From an uncultured bacterium (GTDB lineage Bacteria > Babelota > Babeliae > Babelales > Babelaceae), in contig CAWFXL010000001.1 in the NCBI GenBank assembly GCA_963819815.1, positions 1,056,001 through 1,120,000 on the forward strand: a stretch of DNA of 64,000 nucleotides, given 5' to 3'. Below the pieces are notes generated by a model. That model made no database searches and was not told the DNA's origin. It saw only the letters and a list, made by a program, of their open reading frames with translations. Every line of letters begins with the position of its first letter. Positions within the stretch are counted from its first letter, which is position 1. The position numbers and the translations under genes were made by a program. Below are positions 54,084 to 64,000 of this stretch, piece by piece.

Positions 54084-55085
54084 ATGACAGATAAAAGAAT
54101 TATCCTTATTATTTTATCACTCGTAAAATACGAAGCATCCGGAAGCATTATAGGTCATTCTGAACTCAGCTCAAGAGAACACTTTGAGTATATGGAATCT
54201 TGTTTAGAGAAAGAGGCTATTGTTGATATCTCTCCTTTTGTAAAAGCTGAAGGAATACGGCCTACCCACAAAATCAAGTTAATCACCTTAGAAAGCGGTC
54301 TCAAAGCTCTCTTTAAGACTGGAGAGTATCATTATGCGGAAGTAGCCGGATATCGGCTGAGCAAGCTCCTTAATATATTCTTAGTTCCACCAACAATATT
54401 CAGAACCATTGCAGGGACCCAAGGAAGTCTGCAGCTATACATACATGCACCAAATCTCGCTTCCCTAGCAAATCCTTCAAAAGTTCTTGAAAAAATCGAT
54501 AAGAAAGCAATCAGCGATATGCAGCTTTTTTATTATCTAGCGGGTCAATGGGATACCCATTATGGCAATCAACTCATTGTAAAAAAAGACAACGTTTATC
54601 GATTATGGTTAATTGATAATTCTAGCATATATCATCGCTCCTATAGCAAGTACAAATCGATAACCTACATTGAGAAAGGTACAAACACAGATATTACATC
54701 ATATTCATCAAAAGCATTCCCTTTTGAGAATGCACGCACAATCACCGGTGACCAAGTACACACACTATTTAGTCCCTATATATCTTCAAAGATGCACCTT
54801 AGAAGCCTTTCAAAACAGCCAAAGCTTACTTATATCATATGGAATTCGACACTTTGGCTAGCCTACAATACAAAAGGCCCCTCTCATATTAGCCGCCACA
54901 CCACCGCTTATTTCTCTTCTACCCTCAGTGCCTGTATGAACCTAACGCAAGAAAATCTCTCACAAGTCTGGGATGAAGTACTTCTCGTTGAACCTTCCTC
55001 TACAAAGGAACTCATTGAGTTAATGCTAATTAGACGAAATGAACTTCTCAAGGACTCATTGTTAAGGAGCATAATCGAAGACTGA
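54084..55085 (+). CDS. Atypical kinase, PI3/4-kinase / FAM20-like fold, signal-like N-terminus
   Basis: ALFK, EVAGYRLS, VPPT..R, GSLQLY, DTHYGN and LIDN motifs. Confidence 0.65.
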   Translation: MTDKRIILIILSLVKYEASGSIIGHSELSSREHFEYMESCLEKEAIVDISPFVKAEGIRPTHKIKLITLESGLKALFKTGEYHYAEVAGYRLSKLLNIFLVPPTIFRTIAGTQGSLQLYIHAPNLASLANPSKVLEKIDKKAISDMQLFYYLAGQWDTHYGNQLIVKKDNVYRLWLIDNSSIYHRSYSKYKSITYIEKGTNTDITSYSSKAFPFENARTITGDQVHTLFSPYISSKMHLRSLSKQPKLTYIIWNSTLWLAYNTKGPSHISRHTTAYFSSTLSACMNLTQENLSQVWDEVLLVEPSSTKELIELMLIRRNELLKDSLLRSIIED

Positions 55086-55460
55086 AAATCAAAAATCACT
55101 GATGTTCTTTAAATAACCAGCTCTATGAAACGCAACGCGCGTTAATCACCATACACATTCACAATTAATAAAAATCCCTTCTGGTAACATTATTGGAAAG
55201 AATTGTCTTGAGCTCAAAAATTAGGCAAAAAATCAGGACAAGTTTACATCTCACATCCGAATGCTTAATTTGGAAATTATTTTAGAAAATTTTGACTTTA
55301 TGTAATAATTAGGTGCTAACGTAGTGTAAAACCAAGAAAAGTATTGCGTTTGGAAATTAAAACCTGCTAACTTGAATATATATAGTTTAGAGGTTTAAAA
55401 AAAACAAAATTAAATTACATTACCAATTATAACATTTACATGAAAAATAATAAAAGGGGT

Positions 55461-56204
55461 ATGATGATGAATGCAGGATTTAGGCTTATGGGTGTAGCAG
55501 TCATCCTCATGGGCGTTGTAAACGAGACTAGTTCTCATTTAAAAAGCATTCCGAATGCTAAAACGGTAATACTTTTTGCCCCCCATCCTGATGATGATGT
55601 GCTTGGTTGCGGTGGAACCCTGATACAGCATATTAATGACAAATCACGAATCATCCTCATCTACCTGACCTCTGGCGAAGCCGCATACCACACAAATGGA
55701 CGCCAAGAACTCGCGCAGATTCGTGAAGAAGAAGCAAAAAAAGCCGCTGGCATGCTCGGCATACATGAGCTCATATTTCTGAAAGAGCCCGATGGTCAGC
55801 TAAAAAATTCTCCTGATACCGCCAAAAAAATCGCTGATCTAATAATGCAATTTGAGCCTGACCTCATTTACGTACCTCATGAAGGAGATCAGCATAGAGA
55901 TCATATAGCAACTAATCATCTGGTAATAGATGCCATAAAAACAATAAAAGAATCTCTTCCAATGCTGCCTTTAATTCTTGGCTACGAAGTATGGACACCT
56001 ATACAACATTTTACTCACGTGTCCAATATCTCTCATGACATAGATCAAAAAATAAAAGCTCTCAATGCCCATATAAGTCAAATCAAGGTTATGAATTTTT
56101 CCGAGGCTGTAAAGGCTCTCAATAAGTATCGAGGCATCATGCATGGACATGGAAAACCTATGTATGCCTATGCCGAATGCTTTCAGGAAATACATATTGC
56201 TTAA
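55461..56204 (+). CDS. PIG-L/LmbE-family N-deacetylase
   Basis: APHPDDDVLGCGG, TSGE, REEE, PDG, HRDH and HISQ motifs. Confidence 0.88.
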   Translation: MMMNAGFRLMGVAVILMGVVNETSSHLKSIPNAKTVILFAPHPDDDVLGCGGTLIQHINDKSRIILIYLTSGEAAYHTNGRQELAQIREEEAKKAAGMLGIHELIFLKEPDGQLKNSPDTAKKIADLIMQFEPDLIYVPHEGDQHRDHIATNHLVIDAIKTIKESLPMLPLILGYEVWTPIQHFTHVSNISHDIDQKIKALNAHISQIKVMNFSEAVKALNKYRGIMHGHGKPMYAYAECFQEIHIA

Positions 56205-56967
56205 AAAGATCTAAAGTCGTTCTTACAAATTTGTTAAACGTATGAAACTCCATTATTATGCTATAATTTTATAAATACTGATTATTTACCTATCCATTTA
56301 GCCCGCTTGAGTTCGTAAATAAAAGAAATCAATTGGCAGGACACTTATCTATATGCTAAAAAAATCATATTGACATACTCACCCAAGAATAAATTCCGGG
56401 GATTCTGGGATCAGACAGCGATAGCCAACAAAGTTGGTCCTGCATCACCTAACCCAAGGGTTGATGCCCCAACTCGTTCGATGTTTTTCGCAGTATTATA
56501 GTCTCTATCATGAGTGGTTCTACACCGATAAATCACTCAATACAAAGGCGAAGCTACTCTGGCACTATTTTGATTATTAAAAACCGCCATAGTTCACATG
56601 TGATATTGCCAGCAAATGAGATACATGCAAGAGTTCTTAGAAGATATTAACTCGATGAAGATGAAATCGAGATCATATCTTGTGCTTCTCCTTCCCAGCA
56701 CAGAGGGTAAAAGTTCAATTACTATTCCCTAAAGAGCAACTCTCTACAAAACTAGATTATTTTTCGTAGATTCTCATGCTTGGATAAACTAACTAGAATT
56801 TGTTAGGCCAATAAACTTCACCCATTTAACTGCTTATTCTAGCGCTTTCTCTTAGGAGATTATATTCCTTGATTTAAAATCTTGCGTGCGACATATATTC
56901 CTGCTATCTCACATCCTATCAATTCGGAACTTTCCCAATACATGCTACTCTTTTACAAAGATAGGTA

Positions 56968-57003
56968 GAAGGACCGATCAGGGCATAACCCCGTCGGTCC
57001 TTC
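56968..57003 (-). terminator. Hairpin downstream of the collagen-like gene
   Basis: GAAGGACCGA ... TCGGTCCTTC. Confidence 0.5.
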
Positions 57004-57018
57004 GTAATATCCTACTCT

Positions 57019-59175
57019 TTATTTAAAGTCACAACTCTTTGTATATCTGAATGATGCACCCATAAGGTATACATCATGACAATATTCTTTGTCTCCGCAA
57101 TCGAGTGGTTTATTGTCATCACAGCTATCTCGGTCGATCACAAAGATTGCAAGATCTTGAGGACATATGTGCTTCGATTTAAGAGGTACTGTCACACGAT
57201 AATGCCGAAGTTTTTGACACTTCTCACTCAAACATGGCTCCTCAATCTCGATGCTTTCAGTCTCACAATCATCAAAGAAACAACCAATATTTTGTGCATT
57301 TCCCTTATAATCAGAACGTACACGTATCTTGACCTTCTTCTTATCACATTCAGTAAATGTATTATCCGTATTAGCGACAACAATATGCAGATCTAATTCT
57401 GTCTTACAATGATTGTCTAGATCCTTTGGAACCTCAAAATAGAGGCTAATAGGATTTTGTTTCTCAGAGCTCGGCTTCATTGGCCATCCACGTAGCGCTA
57501 TCGCTGGATGAGTATCATAGACCATGAAGAAGCTACTTATAGAATCATCCGGTGTAGTCATATCAAATGGAGTGAACGATAATTCACCAACTTTACCACA
57601 ACCTTTTCCAGAAGGCCCTGTAGCCCCAGTGCTACCGCGAAGACCAGTATCTCCTTTCGGACCTTGCTGACCCCTAAAACCAGTTGCTCCAGTATCACCT
57701 TTTGGACCACGATCTCCCTTAGGACCCGTTGCACCAACATCACCTTTTGGTCCTCCTTTACCTGTTGCACCTTTATCACCTTTAGGACCACGATCACCTA
57801 TAGGACCCGTTATACCTGGATATCCTTTTTGACCACGATCACCTCTTGGACCCGTTGCACCTGCAGTACCTTTAGGACCGCAAGGACCTGTATTACCTTG
57901 AGGACCAATTAATCCGGTAGCTCCAGTAGTACCTTGAGGACCGCGAGGACCTGTAGCACCTGTATAACCGCGAGGACCTCTTGAACCTATAGGTCCTCTT
58001 TCCCCAATATCACCTTTTTCACCAGGTTTTCCAGCAAAGCCTCGGGGACCAGTCGCACCTGTGAAGCCACGTGGACCTCTATTACCCTTTGGACCTGTTA
58101 CTCCACGGGGTCCCGTTGCTCCAGTTCTTCCTCTTGGACCGGTAGTACCAATTTCTCCTTCTGGACCACGCGCTCCGGTAACACCTTGAGGACCTCTAGG
58201 ACCAGTTGAACCCGTGTGACCACGAGGACCTTTTGATCCTTTAGCACCGGTTACACCAGGGCAACCATTTTGTCCAGTGACGCCAGTATCTCCTTTTGGA
58301 CCAGTCGCACCGGTAGCTCCAGTAGCACCGCGCTCACCCTCTATACCACGTTTTCCTTCACCCTTTGGACCGGTAGCACCTTTATCACCTTTAGGACCTG
58401 TTGCTCCAGTGACACCTTTTTCACCGTCTCTGCCACGCTTTCCAGTATCACCTCTTGGACCAGTAGCACCTCTTTGTCCTGTATTTCCAGTTGCTCCTCT
58501 TAAACCAGTAGGTCCCGTGGCTCCCTTAGGACCGGTGGCTCCAGTTGCACCCTTAGGACCTTTAATTCCAGTTGCCCCACGAGGACCTGTTAAACCTGTT
58601 GCACCTTTGGGGCACTTAAATCCTGTTACGCCCGTAAGACCTGTAGATCCTGTAACACCCGTAAGACCTGTGCATCCTGTTACCCCGGTAACGCCAGTAC
58701 ACCCGGTAACACCCGTAAGGCCTGTGCATCCTGTCAAACCAGTAAGACCAGAACACCCGGTAGCACCGGTATGCCCTCTTCGTTCATAAGAACGACCACT
58801 TCTTCCAGCAGACCCTTTTGGACCGTTATTTCTTGATTGGCCAGACCCAGGAGTATCTTTATAGTGCATTTCGGTATGACGCAAAACAGATTTAAGTTCC
58901 TCAATAGATGTAGGCAAACTTTTTTCTTTGTTTTCTAATAAAGCACTGGTACCAACTACAGTCTCCACTTCTTGAGAAGCTGCTTTCAGAGTTTCGCTTG
59001 TCGCCTTATTGGTCGATACAGCTTTTATAGGAGTAACAACAGCTGTTTTACTATCAGCGCTCGCAGTCCTTCTCTGGATAGATTTTTTTATTGGGCTCTC
59101 GGCAGAGAGTGAAATCGAAGTACTCAGTAACAAGAGCACTGAGATCTTCCATAGTTCCCTTAAAGTTTGCTTCAT
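57019..59175 (-). CDS. Exported collagen-like protein (~130 Gly-X-Y triplets) with Cys-rich C-terminal domain
   Basis: Signal-like N-terminus; GXY region 58776..57607 rich in GAT, GVT, GPK and GPR. Confidence 0.92.
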   Translation of the reverse strand: MKQTLRELWKISVLLLLSTSISLSAESPIKKSIQRRTASADSKTAVVTPIKAVSTNKATSETLKAASQEVETVVGTSALLENKEKSLPTSIEELKSVLRHTEMHYKDTPGSGQSRNNGPKGSAGRSGRSYERRGHTGATGCSGLTGLTGCTGLTGVTGCTGVTGVTGCTGLTGVTGSTGLTGVTGFKCPKGATGLTGPRGATGIKGPKGATGATGPKGATGPTGLRGATGNTGQRGATGPRGDTGKRGRDGEKGVTGATGPKGDKGATGPKGEGKRGIEGERGATGATGATGPKGDTGVTGQNGCPGVTGAKGSKGPRGHTGSTGPRGPQGVTGARGPEGEIGTTGPRGRTGATGPRGVTGPKGNRGPRGFTGATGPRGFAGKPGEKGDIGERGPIGSRGPRGYTGATGPRGPQGTTGATGLIGPQGNTGPCGPKGTAGATGPRGDRGQKGYPGITGPIGDRGPKGDKGATGKGGPKGDVGATGPKGDRGPKGDTGATGFRGQQGPKGDTGLRGSTGATGPSGKGCGKVGELSFTPFDMTTPDDSISSFFMVYDTHPAIALRGWPMKPSSEKQNPISLYFEVPKDLDNHCKTELDLHIVVANTDNTFTECDKKKVKIRVRSDYKGNAQNIGCFFDDCETESIEIEEPCLSEKCQKLRHYRVTVPLKSKHICPQDLAIFVIDRDSCDDNKPLDCGDKEYCHDVYLMGASFRYTKSCDFK

Positions 59176-59405
59176 TCTTTCTCCTTGTAGGTGTTGGTAT
59201 ATTTTGGTTTTCCACATCTAAGAGCACTATCCACAATCTTGAGATAGTCTACTCACTTTCTTTCACCCAAAAATAACAAATTCGAATAAGCAAAAACAAG
59301 AGTCTTAGTAAATTCTTTTTTAGTACTTAAAAGTATTGCCCTCTTTACTATTTTAGGAGTACGATTTTTAAAGTACGGAAGCAAAACATCTTAAAGGAGT
59401 TAGCA

Positions 59406-59987
59406 ATGAGTACAAAGAAACTTACCTCGTATAAGAAGAAAAGAGATTTTTCGCACACACCAGAGCCGCATAATTCAGAAAGCTCAAAGTTGGCACATCC
59501 TATTTTTGTAGTGCAGAAGCATGCTTCCCGAAGCACTCATTATGATTTCCGCCTTGAAGATGAAGGCGTCTTGAAATCTTGGGCCGTTCCCAAAGGACCA
59601 TCTACCGATCCACATGAAAAACAGTTAGCACTTGAAACAGAAGATCACCCCATTGAGTATGCTCAATTTGAAGGCATTATTCCGCCAGGTAACTATGGTG
59701 CAGGAAAGGTGATTATCTGGGATCGAGGTACTTTCAAAAATCTTAAAGACATACCTCTTTCAGTAGCTCTTAAAAAGGGGGAAGCTGTAGTAGAGCTGCA
59801 CGGAGAAAAACTCAAAGGTGATTATGCTCTCATTCGTACAAATTACCATGACAAAAAAGCCTGGTTGCTTATTAAGATGAAAGACTCATATGCACGACCA
59901 GAATATTCGATTACTCATGAGCAGCCTAAGTCAATCATCTCTCATAAAACTATCGAAGAACTTAACGAACCAGAAAAGACCTCATGA
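59406..59987 (+). CDS. LigD 3'-phosphoesterase domain, stand-alone
   Basis: YKKKRDF..TPEP, FVVQKHA..HYDFRLE..GVLKSWAVPKGP, EDHP and IWDRG motifs. Confidence 0.92.
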   Translation: MSTKKLTSYKKKRDFSHTPEPHNSESSKLAHPIFVVQKHASRSTHYDFRLEDEGVLKSWAVPKGPSTDPHEKQLALETEDHPIEYAQFEGIIPPGNYGAGKVIIWDRGTFKNLKDIPLSVALKKGEAVVELHGEKLKGDYALIRTNYHDKKAWLLIKMKDSYARPEYSITHEQPKSIISHKTIEELNEPEKTS

Positions 59988-60904
59988 AGCTCGAATTTGG
60001 AAACTATACGGTCATTCTCAGCAATATAGATAAGCCCTTATTGGGTTCATATACTAAGGGAGATATCATCGACTACTATGCTGCAATGGCACCAAGGATG
60101 ATTCCCTATCTTAAGAATCATCCTCTCATGATGCAACGCTTTCCTGAGGGCCTTACAGGACAGTCCTTTTACCAAAAGGATATTTCGCAGTATTTTCCCG
60201 AATGGATAAAAAAAGTGCGCATCGAAAAAACGGGCGGTTTCTATAACGCTGTACTTTGCCAAAATCAAGCAACTCTTGTGTATCTTGCTAATCAAGCATG
60301 CATCACACCACATCTCTGGCTCTCACGATATGATAAACTCTCAGTACCTGATCGTATCATTTTTGATCTTGATCCATCAGGTCACGATTTTTCACATGTG
60401 CGCAAAGTTGCTCTCTCTTTAAAAGAACTCTTCGATATCTTAGGGTTGCACTCTTTTGTTATGACAAGTGGTTCAAAGGGACTTCACCTTTACCTTCCCT
60501 TAAAAAGATCCGTCACTTTTGATACCAGCAAAGAATTTGCACAGCGCTGTGCACAGATCATCGTCAAGAAACACCCTGACTTTAGTACCCTTGAAGTACG
60601 CAAACTCAAGAGAGGTCATAAAGTATTTATTGATATTCTTCGTAATCAACAAGGTGCAACAGCCGTCGCTCCTTATGCTCTACGAGCGTATCCAAATGCT
60701 CCCATAGCAATACCACTTTTTTGGAAAGAACTAGAAGATGAATCTCTTACGTCACAAAAGTATACTCTAGCCAACATAAGAGAAAGACTTATGAGTCAGG
60801 AAGATCCTTGGGAAGACTTTTTTACACAAAGCCAATCGATTGCGAAAGCACTTAAAAAGCTAAGGGGCCCTTACGGACCCCAAGAAGACCTCCAAGTCCC
60901 CTGA
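59984..60904 (+). CDS. LigD primase-polymerase domain, stand-alone
   Basis: TKGD..DYY, QRFPEG, FYQK, PDRIIFDLDP, TSGSKGLH and VAPY motifs. Confidence 0.9.
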   Translation: MKLEFGNYTVILSNIDKPLLGSYTKGDIIDYYAAMAPRMIPYLKNHPLMMQRFPEGLTGQSFYQKDISQYFPEWIKKVRIEKTGGFYNAVLCQNQATLVYLANQACITPHLWLSRYDKLSVPDRIIFDLDPSGHDFSHVRKVALSLKELFDILGLHSFVMTSGSKGLHLYLPLKRSVTFDTSKEFAQRCAQIIVKKHPDFSTLEVRKLKRGHKVFIDILRNQQGATAVAPYALRAYPNAPIAIPLFWKELEDESLTSQKYTLANIRERLMSQEDPWEDFFTQSQSIAKALKKLRGPYGPQEDLQVP

Positions 60905-61260
60905 TATAAGTCTTGTAGACGTCTATGTACTACTATAGAGGAAAATCTACGAACAATATCAGCGGAAAAGATCTCATCTATTATAATAGCATATTTTTAC
61001 ATTATGGCAAATTTTTTATCAATATTTATTGCAAATAGGGATCATGGCGTTTCAAAAAATGCCCGTGTTCCAGAGGTTAAGAAACTTTGAAAATAACGAG
61101 TGTGTCGTGAAACGGGGTACGTGAAGACTTAGTGGTTTGAGTTCTCAATCAAAGCAAAGGTCCTAGATGATTAAATACGCCAAGAGAGCACTTTTAAACA
61201 TCCATAGGTTCTGAGAATAGCCGTATATCATAGTCCTAAAGACAAGACCATCAAAGACTA

Positions 61261-63954
61261 CTATTTTGTAACTTCCTGCCAGTTCTTCCCTGAGCGTGTA
61301 GTAACAACAAGAGGTACGCTCCACTCAGCAACAGATTCTAGAACCTTTTTCACCAGCTCTTCGGTCCTGTGCAGCTTATCATGAGGCACTTCTAAAAGAA
61401 GCTCATCATGAATCTGCAAGAGAATATGGGCATCTAAGCCTTCCTGGCGAAAAGCTGCTGCAAGATTAACCATGCCCTTTTTCATCAGTTCAGAAGCAGT
61501 GCCCTGAGGAACCGTATTAATAGTTACCCGACGAGCCAAATCATAGAGGGTACGATTGCGCTCATAAATACCCGGCATATACCGACGTCGCCCAAAAACT
61601 GTCTCGACATAGCCCTTTTTGGTAGTCTGCTCGATAACTGATTGCATCCAGGCAACTACACCTGGATACTGTGCCATAAAGGTATCAATATACGTTTTTG
61701 CCACACTATGGCTGATCCCCAGATCTTTTGAAAGGCCATGTGCAGTAAGCCCATACAAAATACTAAAGTTTATACGTTTCCCTATCTGCCGTTGCTCTGA
61801 GGTTACTAGTTCTTGCGCAACTGAAAAAAGCCCTGCAGCTGTTAAGGCATGAATATCCTTATTGTCCTTAAATGCCTTGAGCAACGTGGCATCTTGAGAT
61901 ACATGTGCAAGTACGCGTAACTCAATCTGAGAGTAGTCTGCAGAAAGAAAGACATATCCCTCACGTGGTATAAATGCTGAGCGTATTGCAAACCGATCGA
62001 CCGGAATATTTTGAAGGTTCGGTTCAGAGCTTGCCAATCTACCTGTAGCTGCTGCCGACTGGCTATAGGTCGTATGAATTGCCTTTGTTTGAGGATGAAC
62101 GTACGTCGTAAGAGCATCTAAGTAGGTATTTTTAATCTTAGTTAACTCGCGGTATTTAATGATGCAGGCGGGTACTGGATGGTACTGTGCTAACTGCTCT
62201 AAAACTTCTTGGTCAGTAGAATAACCAGTTTTTCCAGCCGTTTTTTTCATGACTGGTAACTTAAGATGCTCAAATAAGAGAGTACCAAGTTGCTTTGGCG
62301 AGTTCAAATTAATATCAGCAAACTCAGCACCGATGTGGCCAAGCAATTGAGCTTTTAAGGTGGCAATATCATGGGTTACCACAGTATTTATTTCATCGAT
62401 CACCTGGGTATCAAGAAGGATACCTCTTCGTTCCATATCGGTAAGAACCTGTAATACTCCCATTTCAAGGTTACATAGCGAAGAAGCCAACTTTTGCTCT
62501 TCAAGGAGCTTCTTAAAGAAAGGCACCAAACGCATCGTTTGATGTGCATCTGCCGCTGCATATTCAGTTGCAGGCACTAAAGGTACGAAAGAAAAGTCTG
62601 GATACTTCTTCCTTGCAAGAACCTCTTTAAAGGAGAACATCGGTTCATCTAAATATTTTTCTGAAAGAGATTTTAATCCGATACTCTCCGTATCTCCTAG
62701 AGCAAGGCTAGCGGCTAAGATTGTATCAAAGGTCACCCCTACAAGCTTAATCCCATCAGTTGAAAGCATTAAGGCATCGAACTTTGCATGATGAAGATAC
62801 TTCTCAATCTTAGGATCTTCTAAAAGTGGTTTTAATACCTCGACCACCCGTGCACGAGTAAGCTGAGGTTCCTCGGTCTTATGCCCAAAAGGAATATAAT
62901 AGGATACCCCTTCTTCCACACAGATCGACATACCCACCATCTCACTTTGAAGCGGATTAAGTCCGGTTCCTTCGGTATCCAAGGCCAACTGCCCTGCCTG
63001 AGTAATCTTCTGCGCAAGAGTTTGTAATGCTTCTTCAGTAGTAACGCATTCAAAACGGTATTTTGTATGAAGCGTTACCTCTTTTTTAGAAGTAGGAACA
63101 TCGGTAAGGAATGACTTGAAGCCATACTTCTCAAATAACGGATATGCCTGAGCCCACCCCTCCATTGAAAATCTAAATGTTTCCTTATCAGATGGTGTTT
63201 CATAACGCTGCAAGATAAAAAGTTGTTCACTTAAAAAAGCATTTTCTTTTGATTCAGTGAGCAGAGTACGGATTCGCTCAGAGGAAATAGTATCAAGCTT
63301 TGCATAGAGGTCCTGTAAGGACTCAAACTTCTGTACGAGCTGCGTCGCACCTTTTGGACCAATACCTGCTACACCGGGAATATTATCTGATGCATCTCCT
63401 ACTAGAGCAAAGTAAAACGGCAACTTGGTTAGCGGGAATCCTAACTTTTTCTCAAGAGATTCCTTAGTAACCAGCTCCTCCTTAAAAGGATCTAATATGG
63501 TTACTTTCTCGCTCAATACCTGACCCAAGTCCTTATCTGAGGACAATACCACAGATTCATGGCCCTGCTCTTCTAACCGTTTGGCCACCGAAAACATAAG
63601 ATCATCAGCCTCAATTGCTGGCATAGCAAGTTGCTGAAGTCCAATACACGCTGCAAACTCCTGAATTAACTCTTTTTGATGCATAAGATCACTCGGTGTA
63701 GCCTGGCGAGTCTCTTTATAGGCTGAAAACATCTCATGTCGCACCGTCTTACCCTTACTATCCCATACAAGAAGCACATAGGAAGGATTATGAGTATCCA
63801 TGAGCTTCCGAATCATCCTACAAAAGCCATATACTGCATTTATAGGAACCCCTTCCTTCGTCGTTAAGGGCCGAATGCTATAATAAGCTCGATAGAGAAA
63901 AGAGGAGCCATCTATAATATAGACGGGAGATTTTGGGCTATCCACAGATACCAT
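61261..63954 (-). CDS. polA: DNA polymerase I
   Basis: IDGSSFLYRAYY, EADD, GDASDNIPGV, TGRLASSEPNLQNIP, DYSQIELR and QIHDEL motifs. Confidence 0.98.
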   Translation of the reverse strand: MVSVDSPKSPVYIIDGSSFLYRAYYSIRPLTTKEGVPINAVYGFCRMIRKLMDTHNPSYVLLVWDSKGKTVRHEMFSAYKETRQATPSDLMHQKELIQEFAACIGLQQLAMPAIEADDLMFSVAKRLEEQGHESVVLSSDKDLGQVLSEKVTILDPFKEELVTKESLEKKLGFPLTKLPFYFALVGDASDNIPGVAGIGPKGATQLVQKFESLQDLYAKLDTISSERIRTLLTESKENAFLSEQLFILQRYETPSDKETFRFSMEGWAQAYPLFEKYGFKSFLTDVPTSKKEVTLHTKYRFECVTTEEALQTLAQKITQAGQLALDTEGTGLNPLQSEMVGMSICVEEGVSYYIPFGHKTEEPQLTRARVVEVLKPLLEDPKIEKYLHHAKFDALMLSTDGIKLVGVTFDTILAASLALGDTESIGLKSLSEKYLDEPMFSFKEVLARKKYPDFSFVPLVPATEYAAADAHQTMRLVPFFKKLLEEQKLASSLCNLEMGVLQVLTDMERRGILLDTQVIDEINTVVTHDIATLKAQLLGHIGAEFADINLNSPKQLGTLLFEHLKLPVMKKTAGKTGYSTDQEVLEQLAQYHPVPACIIKYRELTKIKNTYLDALTTYVHPQTKAIHTTYSQSAAATGRLASSEPNLQNIPVDRFAIRSAFIPREGYVFLSADYSQIELRVLAHVSQDATLLKAFKDNKDIHALTAAGLFSVAQELVTSEQRQIGKRINFSILYGLTAHGLSKDLGISHSVAKTYIDTFMAQYPGVVAWMQSVIEQTTKKGYVETVFGRRRYMPGIYERNRTLYDLARRVTINTVPQGTASELMKKGMVNLAAAFRQEGLDAHILLQIHDELLLEVPHDKLHRTEELVKKVLESVAEWSVPLVVTTRSGKNWQEVTK

Positions 63955-64000
63955 CCTTTGCAAAGAATATTCATATTTTCAGTATACAAAAATCACGAAA

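Noticed and set aside
58270..58789. Pro/Val- and Ser/Thr-rich plus-strand ORFs
   Set aside because: Antisense shadows of the collagen repeat.
1..64000. CRISPR array, rRNA or tRNA genes
   Set aside because: No spaced identical repeats or recognisable rRNA/tRNA seen; the only T-arm/CCA belongs to tmRNA.

Overview
AT-rich bacterial chromosome segment. The gene content (short ProRS, ankyrin remnant, many signal-peptide enzymes) suggests a host-associated lineage such as Candidatus Dependentiae/Babelota; this is inference. A small housekeeping backbone is present: tmRNA, pth, two FKBPs, proS, smpB, tsaD, rho, secF, rpmA, split LigD domains and polA. Around it lies a large, paralog-rich glycan-modification toolkit: 8 single-domain GT2, 1 TPR-GT2, 2 GT4, 5 exostosin/GT47-like, 2 GT11-like, GT14, GT32, 3 beta-propeller glycosidase-like genes, 5 QueC/MurL-like PP-loop proteins, methyltransferases, an epimerase, a PIG-L deacetylase, a PI3/4K-FAM20-like kinase and a Thr-rich collagen-like protein. 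Nearly all of these carry N-terminal signal-like peptides, and no Wzx/Wzy/ABC exporter is in the window. Mobile relics include IS30, IS1016-like and three IS1202-family remnants. All three IS1202-family insertions have an end exactly 16 bp upstream of the -35 box of a promoter with an 18-bp spacer, suggesting promoter-targeted transposition. All family calls come from motif recognition by eye; no database searches were run.
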